Assembly: GCA_003971905.1 (NCBI GenBank)
Contig: RSEE01000048.1
Location: 124,001 to 188,000, forward strand
From: Moniliella sp. 'wahieum'
Taxonomy: Eukaryota
Reading direction: 5' to 3'
DNA: 64,000 bases
Within the stretch, counting starts at the first letter, position 1, and each line of letters opens with the position of its first letter. The notes under the pieces are model-generated. The model was given only the letters and a program-made list of their open reading frames with translations, was not told the origin of the DNA and did not search any database. Shown here one piece after another: positions 10,520-22,892 of this stretch. Both the position numbers and the translations under genes were made by a program.

Positions 10520-11620
10520 TGACATCAAGCTTCAAGCTTCAAGCCTCCTTGGCCGCACCAACCCAAGTTTTCTTACTAGCCTGGGGCGAGACAAGGCGCT
10601 GCGGGCGATGTGGGCGAAGCTATCCGGCAGCGCCATAACGCATAAGGCCTAAGGCCTAAGGGTTAATCGACACTACCGTTTAACCGGTGCTCGGTCACCG
10701 GTAAGGCCTAAGGCCGGCCGCCACGGCCGGTGAATTAAAAGATCTAACGTCTGAGATCTGGATCTGAGATCTGAGATCTGCCACCGAGACCAGCAAGCTT
10801 TCGCGGGCTAATATCCAAGGGAGAAGGGGGCAGGGGGCGTGGATGTGTGTGGTGACGCGTGACGCGGTAACGTGAGGGCCGGCGGCTGCGCAGGGGCTCC
10901 GCCTGTGCCATACAGTTGAAGTAGCTAACCCTATACACTATGGCCTAAGACCCAAGGCTTAAGGAACCTTAGGCCTTAGGCCTAATAGGCAGGCAAGCGC
11001 CAATTCGCATAGTGCTGGAGATGTCTCGTCTGAGAGATCTGAGATAAGAGTTCTGTTGAACGTTGAACGTACTGAACGTTGAGATAAATGTGATCGATGA
11101 TCGATGATCGATGATCGATGATCTGAGATCTGAGATTGCGTCGCGCTCTGTTGTGCGCTGGAATGCGGGACACGGACGCCTGATTCATGATCGATGATCA
11201 TTAATCATTAATCATTCGTGGTCGCGTGTTGGTGCCTGTGGTGGTAGCGTCGAGTGCAACATACTTAAGTACCTAGAGGCGGCTGCCAAGCCACGCAGCA
11301 ACCGGCGGCAACAGACTTCCTGTACCAACTTTCCATACGGCCGCGAAGTGCGTATATCGAACGCAGCTAAGGCCTAAGGGCGCTCAGGCCTGAGGCTCAG
11401 GCCTCAGGGTGAGCGGCGCTGAGGTGCGAGGACACGCAATGCTGCAAACAAGGTCACACAATAAATGAATGGTCGATCGTTTAATTTCATGTCCCACCTT
11501 GTTCCACTCGCCCACCTCTGATATCTGAGATCCCCATGCTGGCAGGACAGGGCAGCACTCTGAGTACGGACCTCTAACTCCCGACATGTCTGACATCTGA
11601 CACTTGGTACCACCTCTCGC
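10520..11620. repeat. Cluster of 7-bp tandem arrays (6-bp palindrome + 1 nt)
   Basis: AAGCTTc x2 (10527), AGGCCTa x2 (10645), AGATCTg (10755-10780), AACGTTg (about 11058), ATCGATg x4 (11093), ATTAATc x2 (11200), AGGCCT variants (11369-11406). Confidence 0.85.
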
Positions 11621-11929
11621 ATATCGCATGCTCACAATACAACTGGCAGTATGACATGCAATGACAATGTAAGGCTGTGCCTTGCTCGGTGTGCCCAGTG
11701 ATATATAGTCCAAACACTTGAAAAGCATCCTCGCCGTTCTTCTCTCATTTATTATTGTTCTCTCTGCGTGTGGCATGTTGGTTCATTGGATGGTTTCAAA
11801 TCCTTCATACACTGAAACTTCCAACAATTGCTACTACAATGGACCGCATGCGGATGATGCAAGCGTCAAAAGCTGGCAGGCTCATAAACACACGTTGCTT
11901 ATGCGATCAAAAGCACTCTTTACACACAC

Positions 11930-12120
11930 GTTTTATATGTCAGGAAACTCAGCACAGAGGTACTGAGTACTTGTCTCACAGTACAGTGGCTGCAATAACA
12001 ACAAAACTGCCTGGGTAACATATATTTCAACAAATATATATGCCAAAGTGGCCATCATGACAGGGTATCTTTTTTGATGCAATTCTTCTTCATCTTGCAC
12101 TATATAGAAAGGTCCACGTT
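11930..12120 (-). mobile_element. Possible relic of a hAT transposase C-terminal dimerisation domain
   Basis: AT-rich island. Minus-strand HQKRYPVMMATLAYIFVE resembles the hAT dimerisation motif (WWxxHxxxYPxLxxLA...SxxVERxFS). Heavily degraded. Confidence 0.2.
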
Positions 12121-14249
12121 CAACAGAACTCGTCTTCACATTAACTTGAAGCTTGACATGCGCTTGACATTCAATGACAATCTCTTAAAATGAAAGGATG
12201 AGGCTTTTTGCTCTTCAAGCAGCACACTTTACAGGGTGTTGTATAGGGCCGGCGCGTATAGCCCACACAGGGCTCAATGGAGCCACAAGGTATTCGGGCC
12301 CTCGAGCTTTTCGGCCTCTCCTGAGGCCGAAGGCCGAAGGCTCTCAGTATCTCAGCTCATCTCCTTGCCCCCCCCACATATTGTTCTTCCCGGGTCTGAA
12401 GATTTTTACACTCTGATAACTGCGTGGTCACTCTCTTCGCGTGTTTTGAGTATCGTGGTCACCGTGGTAGGCTAAAATGAACGTACTTTCAATGGTCGAC
12501 CTCCGTGGATTACCAAGGGGGGTCCAAAAGGGCTATTCACCTGTTACATGTTAGCTATGCTATATCCATGCAGAGATCAACATGTGATCCTTTCTCCCGA
12601 AATATGACCACTGAGCTGAGGGTCCGGGAGATCCCAGGACGGACCCTGTCAGGTTCTGGACCAGCTATACAATGGCGTGTTTCATCCCTAATTCAATAAT
12701 ATTCGTTCCTTTCTATTTTTCCCTTTGGGTCTATTATAGTCAGTTGTCTAATGGCGCCCCACTAACCGCCACTATACAAGAAAAGGGAACACGCCCCCAC
12801 TGTGTTCCTTGCATGCCCTTGCTTCCCCCCCGGCTCCTATTGATGTAGGCGTAAGAGGAGATTACTCGTTACGACCGTATTATATTGTGATCAGGTCGAT
12901 CATCATGTCGGGATGACATGATGACATTATGATCAGCAACGAGGCCATGAGATATGTGCATATGCGATGCACATGATGAGCTCATGAACGTTGAACCCTC
13001 TCCCCCGTCCGCGTCAGGGACTCACACATATTAGTAGAACAAAGTGCGTACTGAGTAGGGTATAATATGCAATCTTCTCGCGCGCGGGAGCATGTCATGT
13101 TTCATGCTGCACTGTGTGCCCACAGTTACCAGTTACTAGCTACATGTTACTGAAAGCAATGAGTTAATGGTGGTGAAGGCGATACATAGTTATGGCATTA
13201 TCGTTGGTTCTGTAATTTCCTCAAGAGAGGGTGTATACCTCATCGCACTTTTTGCTATTAAAACGTTGATACAGAACGACTGAAGCAGACGCAGCAAGGC
13301 GAGTCCCAACAACAATCACCCGATAGCACTTCCTTGTTGTGTATTGAGAACAAGATTATCTCCGCAACGACTCTACCCCAAAAACACAGATACACGCGGA
13401 CGAGAAGCGATGAAGAGTGTGTCGTGATAGAGCAGAAGGTGCCCCACCAGCCTTGGATGGAGGGAAGAGGAAGGAACGTAGGGCATAATGGCCCACGAGA
13501 TGTATAAGTATCTTGTTCATAGACATCACCCCCTCTCTCCCTTCCCCTTCCCCCTCGTCCCATATCAGAACCACATCCTCCATCCCCTCCCCCGTATTAA
13601 TACGCCAGAAGCTTGGCCGTACACCACTACCAGGCTATTTGACCTGCAGGTACGTCAGGTCCTCCATGCCGGTTCCATAAGGTCAGCGGGTATTGATTCT
13701 GGTCCACCCGGCCGACTCTCAGTGTGTTGAGCCGGATGGCCGCAGTCACGGCGTTGCAGCACCCGCAGTCCGAGGGCCTACTGTAGGATGCAGACCGACG
13801 GAAAAGCAGCATCACCCATACGGTCCTCATACCGGGCTATTGGCCCGTGGTCCTCTCATTTGGAGTATGGAAGGTGTGGAGGCTGCTTAGGCTATTGACC
13901 CTACTTGGCTCTTTTTGGTTATAATCCTGCCTGAGCTCTACTGAAGTCCAAACCCGAAGAAGTTAATCAGGCGAATCACTCATCACATGTCACCCATGAT
14001 ATGTGATGTGTTGCATGTGACATGTGATGTTGCAAGTAAAGACGCCAGCGCTTATCAGCATTCTATGGCTCCAGAAACGACTGGACGGCGGAATTGCTCA
14101 TGTAAGCGCATCGCTGCCCCGGGCGGGATTTGGAGGTGGTAGCTGGGTGTGGATCCCCAAGGGGTGTACAACTAGCTGTAGAGCCGGCAGTTGCGATGTT
14201 GGCGCCTCTCCCTTAAGCCCTTTCGCAGCCGGTACGCTCCACCCCCACC

Positions 14250-15186
14250 ATGTCCATCGGCCAGTTCGAAGAGGCACGCCTCTTCACCACCAATGCCGAG
14301 CGTGAACGTTGGGAGACGCAGGCCACCCTCTTTTCTGTCATTGTGTCGCTGGACTTCTGGAGCGCGCATACGTTCGTGGAAGCGTACCCGAATCGGAGTA
14401 GGTCTTCCCTGTTGCTTGTCGTACTTGCGCTTGGGATCGGGTTGACCTTGTCTTGTCTCTCTTCTTCAATCCAGCTACACTCCCGCATGCAATAAGATGC
14501 TGACGCAGTGCAAAACGCTCCTAAACCTCATTACGTCTGAGCAGCAATCTACCGACGTCCGAGCGGGTGCTCCGCCGCCCATCACGAGCGTGGAGGATTT
14601 CATGAAGCATTATCGCGTATGTCGACGACGACTGGGGACTTATGGGATTCTATTTGCATTACTAACCGCCTACATACTCTGCCAAAGATGGACCATCCAG
14701 GCGCGCTGCACCGCCTCACAGTGGGTGTTCCAGCTACTGTGGAGCATGCGTCGGCTGGGCAGGGATCTGCGGCGGACCGCGCCAAGTGGGTAGCCGAGAT
14801 GACGCAAGCATGGATCACGTTAATGGACGCTCTCAAGCTCCGCATGCACGCCAAGGACCAACTTCACCCCTTCTCTCTGAGTTGATGGCGACCTGGGCTC
14901 GGTCGGAGTCACAGGAGGACAGTGAAGGTCGGGGAAGGATGCTGCATTGGTAAGGAGGCATTTTCCTTTCCACATGCGTTCAATACATTCGAGTACTGAC
15001 CTTTTTCCAGGCTCATTACTCTTAACCAGATGAAGGTCAGCGATGAGCTGTCAGAGGAGCAAGCACGACAGGTAAGTCCTTTCATCCTTTCTACCAAGGG
15101 GCGGTGCTGACTATTTAATCTGCTAGATGCGGTACGAAGTGGAGTTAGCGTACAATGCTTGGTTCCACAGCTTGCAGTCGAGCTGA
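14250..15186 (+). CDS. VPS28: ESCRT-I subunit Vps28
   Basis: EEARLFTTNAERERWETQATLFSVIVSLDF; MDHPGALHRLTVGVPATVEH; WITLMDALKLRMHAKDQLHP; W|LITLNQMKVSDELSEEQARQ|MRYEVELAYNAWFHSLQSS*. Four GT-AG introns. Confidence 0.95.
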
Positions 15187-15691
15187 TTGCTTGCCCTTCA
15201 GCCCGCGACGGCCTTCCTCGGCGACGCTGTTGCTTGTACTTGTATACCATCTCTCACTCACATTCATGTCATTTCGTGGGTGGTTCTAACAACACTTCAT
15301 ATGTATGTACCTGTTAGTTGACATTGCTCTCAGTGAGCTTTGATTCAATTGTCAAGTCTGGCTTGCAGTGTTGGAGAGCAACTAGCGAATGATAGTAAGT
15401 AGAACATTTGTACGGGTTATACACACCCCAATTTTCAAGATGTTGCTCCAACAAGTTATCAATAAAAGACAGAAATGCATCTAAGAGTTCACCTACGTCA
15501 GAAGCCCACCCTTCCTTCAGTTCCTGACCGAAAACTTTTCTTATTTATACGCCATGCGGATCATGTGATGAGATCGATGAGACCGCTGTCATGATTACCA
15601 CAACATGCATGTGTTATCTTCTTCCGAAGTGAACTGGGCATAGAAATGAGGTGCCATACGGAGTAAGAAACAAACACAGGTTACTCCCGCC

Positions 15692-17447
15692 TTAGAGCTT
15701 TGGTGTGGGCTCTCCATTAGTGTCAGAGGCCAAGTTCACGTGGCGGTAGTCCACCCGGTCTTGGGTCGCACGATTCAGTCCCAGCGGTAAGCAGCTGGAA
15801 GAAGAGTAGCTTTTCCCACTCTACGGATGTGAGATTAGACGGCAACCCAGCCCAAGAACGCTGCATCAGCCGGGCCACCCCACGGGCACAGGTCGAGGCT
15901 CGTGCCATACCATGTCCATGAAACCCGACACAGACAAAGAGATTCGAACTTGGCTGGGCTGAGACTTGTAAAGCACCAGTATGAGCCAGAGGAAGCTCAC
16001 CAAACGTACCTGCCAAGGGTCAGTACCAGTATCTATGCACGATTCATCAGGACTCACGGGAGGCTATCCTTAGTATATCCAAGGATGCCAGACCAGACCC
16101 GCTCCAGACCTTCTCCCGCCGAGCGTCCCAATCAGTAAAGTGCGTTCGGGAAGGAAGAGAAAAAATTGGCCACTCGTGTCAGGGCATCCCGCACTTCCGG
16201 GTCTTGGGTTCCCGCCACATCCTGCCAGACCGGGAGAGTCATCGATGGATGAACGAACGACTTGGTCATTGTCAAGGCGGAATTTGCTCCGCCCAAGATC
16301 CACGTCCCATCGGAACCGAGCGGACGTGGGACAAAATACTCGTAGCCAAACGTGCTGTTTTGAGAGACATCGTATAGGGGAGCACACCCTTCCGCGCATA
16401 GCCACCTTGTTGTTCAGGCAGTCGCGCCATGCCGCTGAACGATTGAGAAGGGACGATGGCACTGCACCAGGCACGACGTGGGTAAACATGCTTCTGAAAA
16501 ATAGGAAGAAGATGAGGCGTGTAGGCATTTGTAGCCACTAGGACTTGCCGCGCTCGAATTGTCCCCCCTTTTGGCCGGACCCGAGGCGAGAGTGGCTTTC
16601 CATGTACCGTCGGAAAGCTGAGCAAGTTGGTCGACGGGTGCCTGGGTGTATACATCCAGCCCCCTCTGGATTAGCCGCGCGATGAGGGAGGTGACAAAAC
16701 GGTAAGGGAACATACTAGCCGCAGGCCAGGTGACCATCCCCAACGCGTCCTTTACCCGGGTGACCTGCTGAGCCTCCTCGGCATCCTGACAAAATCGTAC
16801 TTGCGGATCGATGCCCCCCCACTGAGTGTACTTGTCAAACGCATCCCGCTCACGCTCCAAAGCCCCCTTGTGAGAAAGACGTCAATGGTGGTACAAGGAG
16901 TAAAGTCACACTCGATCTGTTCGGCAGCCACAAGCCTGGCTAAATATGCCAGCGTCTCGCGCTCATTGAGCAGAACCTTGTGCGCCATTTCTTCGCCCAA
17001 GACAGCGGAAAAGCGAGGAAAGGAAGAAAATGCATCTGGACGCACATGCCCTCCATTGCGCCCGTCGCTCCCGAGCTGACCTCTCGCGCTTCCAGCATCA
17101 CCACACGAGGCGGGACCGGAGCTTGCGATGAAGATGTCGGCGCAGACCCGCTCACGTCGGTTTCTGACGGGGTCAGCAAGTTGTAAGCCGCCACGGTGCC
17201 GGCAATGCCGGACCCAATGATCAGCACGTCTCACCTCCTCTGGAAGGGGCTTGTAGGCGTTCAAGCCAATCAGACTTTGTGCCTTGCCCCTAGCCAGCCA
17301 GTAGGAGATGCTGCCCTCCTCATGTGGCAACCCAGTGGCGGAGGTATAGCCCTGGTCCTTGGAATCGGGGCCATTGGGAGGTGGTGGCGGTGGCGGTGGA
17401 GTATCTTCAGCACTCGTATCTACACAGCTATTACAGAAAGCACCCAC
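15692..17447 (-). CDS. FAD-dependent oxidoreductase, DAO family
   Basis: IIGSGIAG (Rossmann), VVMLEAREVSSGATG(R)NGGHVRPD, FPYRFVTSL, VLVATNAYTPHLLP, VGFHGHGMAR. 3' end depends on a frameshift (15692 or 15723). Confidence 0.88.
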
Positions 17448-17729
17448 ATATAGTGAGTCCTACTTTAATAGTTTGAGTGGCCCGTTCGCAGCCGCGAGGC
17501 CTGGACCGTGTAGAATTGGGGCACTCGCTCACCCTCACCGGCGAGGTCACCGGTCACCGCACACACCTGCTTCAGACTGAAATGTTTCGTTTGATTGGCG
17601 CAGGCGGTCTAATAAAAACCACTTCGACACAAGGCTCATAGTGCTCACAGTGCCGACACCGCAACGACGCCATTACTTCTCATTCGGAAAAGGTGCTTTC
17701 TCCTCCTGGAGATCCTGTGTGTGACAGCT

Positions 17730-19995
17730 TCATAGTCCGGGAGGCCTGCTCACGCTCGGCCTTGAGTGCGGCAAAAGATTTGTTGCGCACAGTCGAAGTT
17801 TGAGTGATGGGCCGGATGGCAGGCGGCACGGGTTGTCAGCTGCTTGGTCCTCCCCCATGGCGAGCCCAAACGTGAAGGTGCGAGTCGATGGCGGGCGGCA
17901 GGGCTTCTGATGGGGTGACCACGCCATGCTTTCGCAGAGCAGAGGGGGTGGAGATTCCATTTCCTGGATCAATGGCTTCGGGAGGAGGAGGTGCCACCGG
18001 TTCTGGTACCAAGGTTTCTGGAGGTGGGGATCAATCTCCTGGATCAAAGGCGCAGCTTTTCGAATGGGGCGTAGAACGATTGGCAGCAATACTGGAACGC
18101 CCTCCAAGAGCAGGCCGGCCGCGTTATTGGAGATGTACTCCTCTTCAAATCGCTCGGCCGCACGGAACCCAGCCTCAAATTCAGTACGTTGCGCCTCGGA
18201 TTCGAGAGCGGTACGCTGCGTTTGCAGCTGACCCATGACCGAGCGCGGTTCCTCCGCACACCAGCACTGATGAAGGAGGGAGCGGGTTCAGGTAGGGATC
18301 CATCACCAGATAGGTAGCTGCCAAGTAGAAAAGCCACTTGCGTTGCATCATCTCCCCCGTCCGATGGCATGCTTAGACCGGCGCGGATGAGGGCCCTGTC
18401 TTGTCTTGTGTAACCGAAGATCTGCTGCAGAATCAGGCATGTGGGTGCCAAGAAGTGGTAGAGATCGTAGCCATGCTCAGGAGAAGTGGATATGCTCCTA
18501 CCTTCCTGCACCACCTCTGCATCGGAGAAGGAGGGGCGCTTCGGCTGTGGTTGAGTGCAACTCCGACATGATCCATCCAGTTGTTCGTCGGTAGCTTCTT
18601 TACAGCACCGTCATTCACCACTTCTTGGATGTGCGACCGAGTTAGGAGTGTTTGAGCGTCAGCCAGTACGTCTTGAAGAAGTCAGAAGGGCCCCTCCTCG
18701 CTCTGTGCCGTGAGCGGGGAGAGAAAAAACTGGCATGCTTGTTCCACGTTGGATAGCACCATTTCGCTCACGCGCCGTTGTGATGCCGCCAGCTCCCTGA
18801 TATTGATAGATTCTTCTTCGATGAAGGAGGGACGAATGGTGTGAGAAACGGGAGCAGACGGATGAGGACATCGAGCAAAGCCTGGCGAGTCGGTCCCTGA
18901 AGCTCAAATGAGCTCAGATGGTGCACGCCCACCTGACGGACACAAATGTGTATACCAAGACAACATAAACCACATTGAACCGTAGTCAGGGGAGTAGCGC
19001 CCCCTGAACGCTCTCATTTCCTTGAGCTTGGATAGCATGGCCTCCCGGCTCCGCTGCACATAGTGCGAGTGAGCCGTTGTAACGATGCATCAAATTCCTT
19101 GGCATCACTTGGGGTAGAAGGCAGGTGGAGGCGAGAGGAAAGCTAGATGTCACTCCAAGTCGTGCTCGGCTGTCCACCAAGGGCCGTCGTCCTCTTGCGA
19201 CTTGACAGCGTCGGTTGGGATCGTAGCTTCTGGCCGTGGTGGTTCAGATGTGGTACTTTCCCCTTCTTCCTCGGGTATACCATCGATAAGGGCACGCTGA
19301 TCGGGTCGTTGATGATGGCCTTGAACTCTTGACTTCTTCCGGCTCGAGAAGGGACATGAGTTGCTCATCCGTGAGTGAATCTGAGGGAAAAGACAGTATG
19401 TTAGTTCCACTTTTTGATTCGAAAAAATAGCAGACATACCCTAAGTCTTGCTCTGTGATCTCTTCGGTCTGACTCGGTCTTCTCTTCGGGGGCAGCACCG
19501 AAATTTTCCCAGTCCAACTGCTCCAGACGATGCAAGGATCGCCATCATGCGCCCGCTCTCCCTCCTCAGCGACGGAGCGGGCCTGGCTCTCTGCGCATCG
19601 CCATACGCTCTGGACCCAATTGCAATGGACAACGAAGCGTTGTCGTTGTTCTGGGTTCGCGCGCTCATGTGCAGCCAGAGAGCGGCCTGAGCAAGGGACT
19701 GCTGGCCAAAATGTTCAGCACATTTTCCGTGCGCAGGGCTGGTATAGCATGCCTTGCTGCAGTAGGGAACATTACAATGGGGACAGATGTACTTGGCCTG
19801 CGCGATACCACAACTAATAAGAAACGCATCAGTCAGCTGGTCAACAGCGCGTAGGAATTGCAAGCACGTACAGACCACATAAACGTCTAGCAAGCGCTTG
19901 AGCTCCCTGGACTTTGCCTGGGACAGGCCTGCACCGACACCCTGGCTAACACGCTCCTTGCGCAAGGCGCGGCGGATGTTTAACAGATCTTCCAT
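17730..19995 (-). CDS. zf-HIT zinc-finger protein, ZNHIT2-like
   Basis: CGIAQAKYICPHCNVPYCSKACYTSPAHGKCAEHF (HIT finger), EQLMSLLEPEEV, PWW, DLYHFL...VAFLL. Introns near 19830-19880, 19390-19440 and 18930-18975. Several frameshifts. Confidence 0.8.
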
Positions 19996-20789
19996 CTTCC
20001 GTTGCGGGTCTGTTTAATGTTGGTTGCTCCCTTGTCCAGAGGCATCCCTGGGCAAGGTGGTGGATGGGGGGATGTTGGCGCCGTCCAGCCTTGCCACAAA
20101 AAAAGCCGACGGAGCAACACCATCCGTTTGTTTCAACATTTAAATTATGCAACTAAGTTGTGGGCCAGGGTTTGAAAGGTGGATGAGCGTCGACAGGCGC
20201 CGGCAGGGCGCTATGCTGATGCACGATGAGCGCGTCGATGTCAATCGTCGAGATAAGTACTAGGAATTGGGTACAGACGAGCAGAATGGAAAAGAAGGCT
20301 CGATACGCACGGCTTGACTTCTCCCGTTCATTTACCCACCCAAACTCAATAGCATAAGGAGAAAAACAAAAAGGCCGCAAGAGAGGAAAAGAAAGAGAAG
20401 GCACGCATATGCATTTTGCAGTGAGGTTGAGGTATCGGATGCGTGCGGGGTAAGGGGAGAAAGAGAAAGGGACAGAGATGAAGCAAGACGCACAAGCGCA
20501 GTGCCACGGAACTGGAATATGCGGCCTGATCTCCGAAAGAGCTAAAACAAATGGCAGTGTTGGGCCTACGACCGTCCTAACGTCCTGAGCACTGGCACAG
20601 GATCCTGCGTTGTACCCGGCGCAGGCGAAGGAGTAGATGTTGATCGGGAAGAACGCCACGGCAGCCAGGAGGAAAAAATGGTGAGCCGCGGCTTTGGCAC
20701 TTGGGTGCAGAGGGGAGAAATTGAAGCCTGGCCTAGGATCCTCGTCTGTGCTTCCTGTCCCCGCTGCGGAAACCAGGGGGGATTTGTGA

Positions 20790-22686
20790 CTAGAGGCAGG
20801 ATCCGTTTCCGCCCCTAGTGGCGATCCCGGTGCCTTTCGAGCAGCGGGTGAAGGCGCGTACTTTGACGAGGGGTGTGAGCTGAGCAGCTGGAACAGAATG
20901 TTCGTTGTTCTGTGCCCCACCGCGGTTTGTGGACTGGCCAGAATCCACTCCTCCAGGCGAAAGAGGGGGTTGGGGTCCCAGGCGAGACGGACGAGGGGGG
21001 CTGGAAGGTAATTTAGGCGACAAGGAAGATAGGGCCGTGGGTTTTCCGGGCGGCAACACGCGGATGGAGGAGCCAATCCAGGAGGATGGCCTGCTCGTCG
21101 CGGCCGAACTGAGAGGGGAACCAGGACCGGAGGAGGGTACGCGGAGGCGAGTGCGCGGGGAGGATCGAAAAGAAGGATGCCCGATGCTGGTGGGAGTGAA
21201 GGGACCCGGGTCAGAAGTGTAGGTGACAGTCAAGTTTTTCAAGTTGGGCAATATAGCGCGCAGATCTAGAACGGCCATGCCGAGCTTTCGCAGTAAGTTC
21301 TCAATATCCTTCTCGAGGAGGTACGGCATAGTCAAACCGATACCGCTCGTGCTCCCCTTCAAGGTAGAGTGGGAATACCCTGGGGCCTAGTTGAGGGGAG
21401 ATGTCATCGTGCACCACCCCCCAGCTTCCAGCTTGTGCCATATCGTAGTGCAGAGGGATCCCCAAGTACATGGACAGGAGCGTGACCAATTGCACTACCA
21501 GCGCCAAGCCTGAAGCCATATTGTTCGACTCATAACGCGCGCTAGCAGTCGCTCTGGGTCAAGGGGATCGGAGGAGGTACGCGATGGGGCGGGGGGCGGG
21601 GGCGTCGTCATTGGAAGGTGCAACAGGGACAGGTAAGAGGATACCGTGGATGCTGAATAGTAAAGCCGATGCATCGACAGGTACGATGGGATAGACTTCT
21701 TCCAGTTTTGAACGAGCAATTGGCGCCGCAGATGGATGTGGTGTTCAATTTCTTCTAGCTGAACCCGTTGGGCATCCACTTTTTGTTGGTATCCTGTCGC
21801 TTCTCGCTCTACGCCCAGTTTGAGCAATTTCTCCCGGGCCTGGGTTAATCGGTTCCTCCGAGCGGCTAGGTCCGCCTGGCGAGAAGCTACCTTGTAACGC
21901 AACAGGGCCAGATGTGACTGGGAGGATCGGGAGAGTGACTCCGCTCGACGCACCATGCACCCTCTCCACCGTTCCTCCGATGGGGGCTCCCATCGGGGTA
22001 GATTGTCCCTTCGATTTGCGCGAGCCTCGTCCTGGTTAGATTGGCCTGAAGAACATCCTTCCCATCAGAAAGAGCAGGGCGAGGACCGGTGCAGGAAGAT
22101 GGGGGACTGGACGACTCGTTAAAAGCCCGCTCCACGTCGTGCTTGGCCAGAACGGCCTGTTCGATTGCCGCATCGCGCTCGAGCGTGGCCAATTGCCACT
22201 CGGCCTGGATCGAGAGGAGTTTCTTCAGTTCCTCGATCGTGTACGTCTCTGCCTCTGCGCGCCGTGGTGGAGGGAGCAGCAGGCGGAAGTGGATCGAGCT
22301 GGGACAGATCGGCCGACGAGCGCGCAGACATCCGGCCTTGGCTCGTGAGCGGAAGCACCGATGCGGCTGGTGCTCCTGATGACGACAGGGCGGTGATGGC
22401 GATGGCGATGGCGATGGCGAGGCCGATGGTGGCGGGGGGTGGTCGGCTTCAAGAGGCATGAGTAGCCAGACAAGGGGCGGCTGCTCCTCGATTGAGCGGC
22501 AGCGGCGCAAGAAGGGCGCCGGTGCGGATGGGGCTGATGCAGGGTTGGTTGTCGCGGGCCAGGCCAGGCGCTGTCTGAGAGATACAGCTGTGACAGTAGC
22601 GACAGCCTCTGCTGGTTAGACTGACGCATGGCTGCTACGGGGGTCAGCAGGTCCCGCCTGTTCCAGCCAGGCCAAATTCCGCTCAT
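20790..22686 (-). CDS. Vps38/UVRAG (Atg14-family) PI3K complex subunit
   Basis: Coiled-coil segments followed by ALVVQLVTLLSMYLGIPLHY and RVFPLYLEG..RYRFDYAV(Y)LLEKDIENLLRKLGMAVLDLRAILPNLKNL, typical of Vps38/UVRAG. Confidence 0.8.
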
Positions 22687-22892
22687 TGCCGGAAACGTTC
22701 ATTTTCTGCGGGCTACCCTGGTCGAACCCCTCCTAAGAGTCCCACACAGTGTGCTCACTGATATATATAACTGATAGCTCTCTTGCGCCTGCCCGCTCTT
22801 GCATCGATCGCTCAGAACATCACCCTCACAGGAAATGCCCCTCACTCGGGACGGGGTTACACGAGAACATGGAATGCAGAAGATGAGGTCGT

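Noticed and set aside
11718..11966. Small secreted protein (MKSILAVLLSFIIVLSACG...)
   Set aside because: It starts at TTG, not ATG, and lies in an AT-rich relic region; probably a chance ORF.
20153..21076. 307-aa minus-strand ORF as a separate gene
   Set aside because: It overlaps the frameshifted 3' end and UTR of the Vps38/UVRAG gene and has no recognisable domain.
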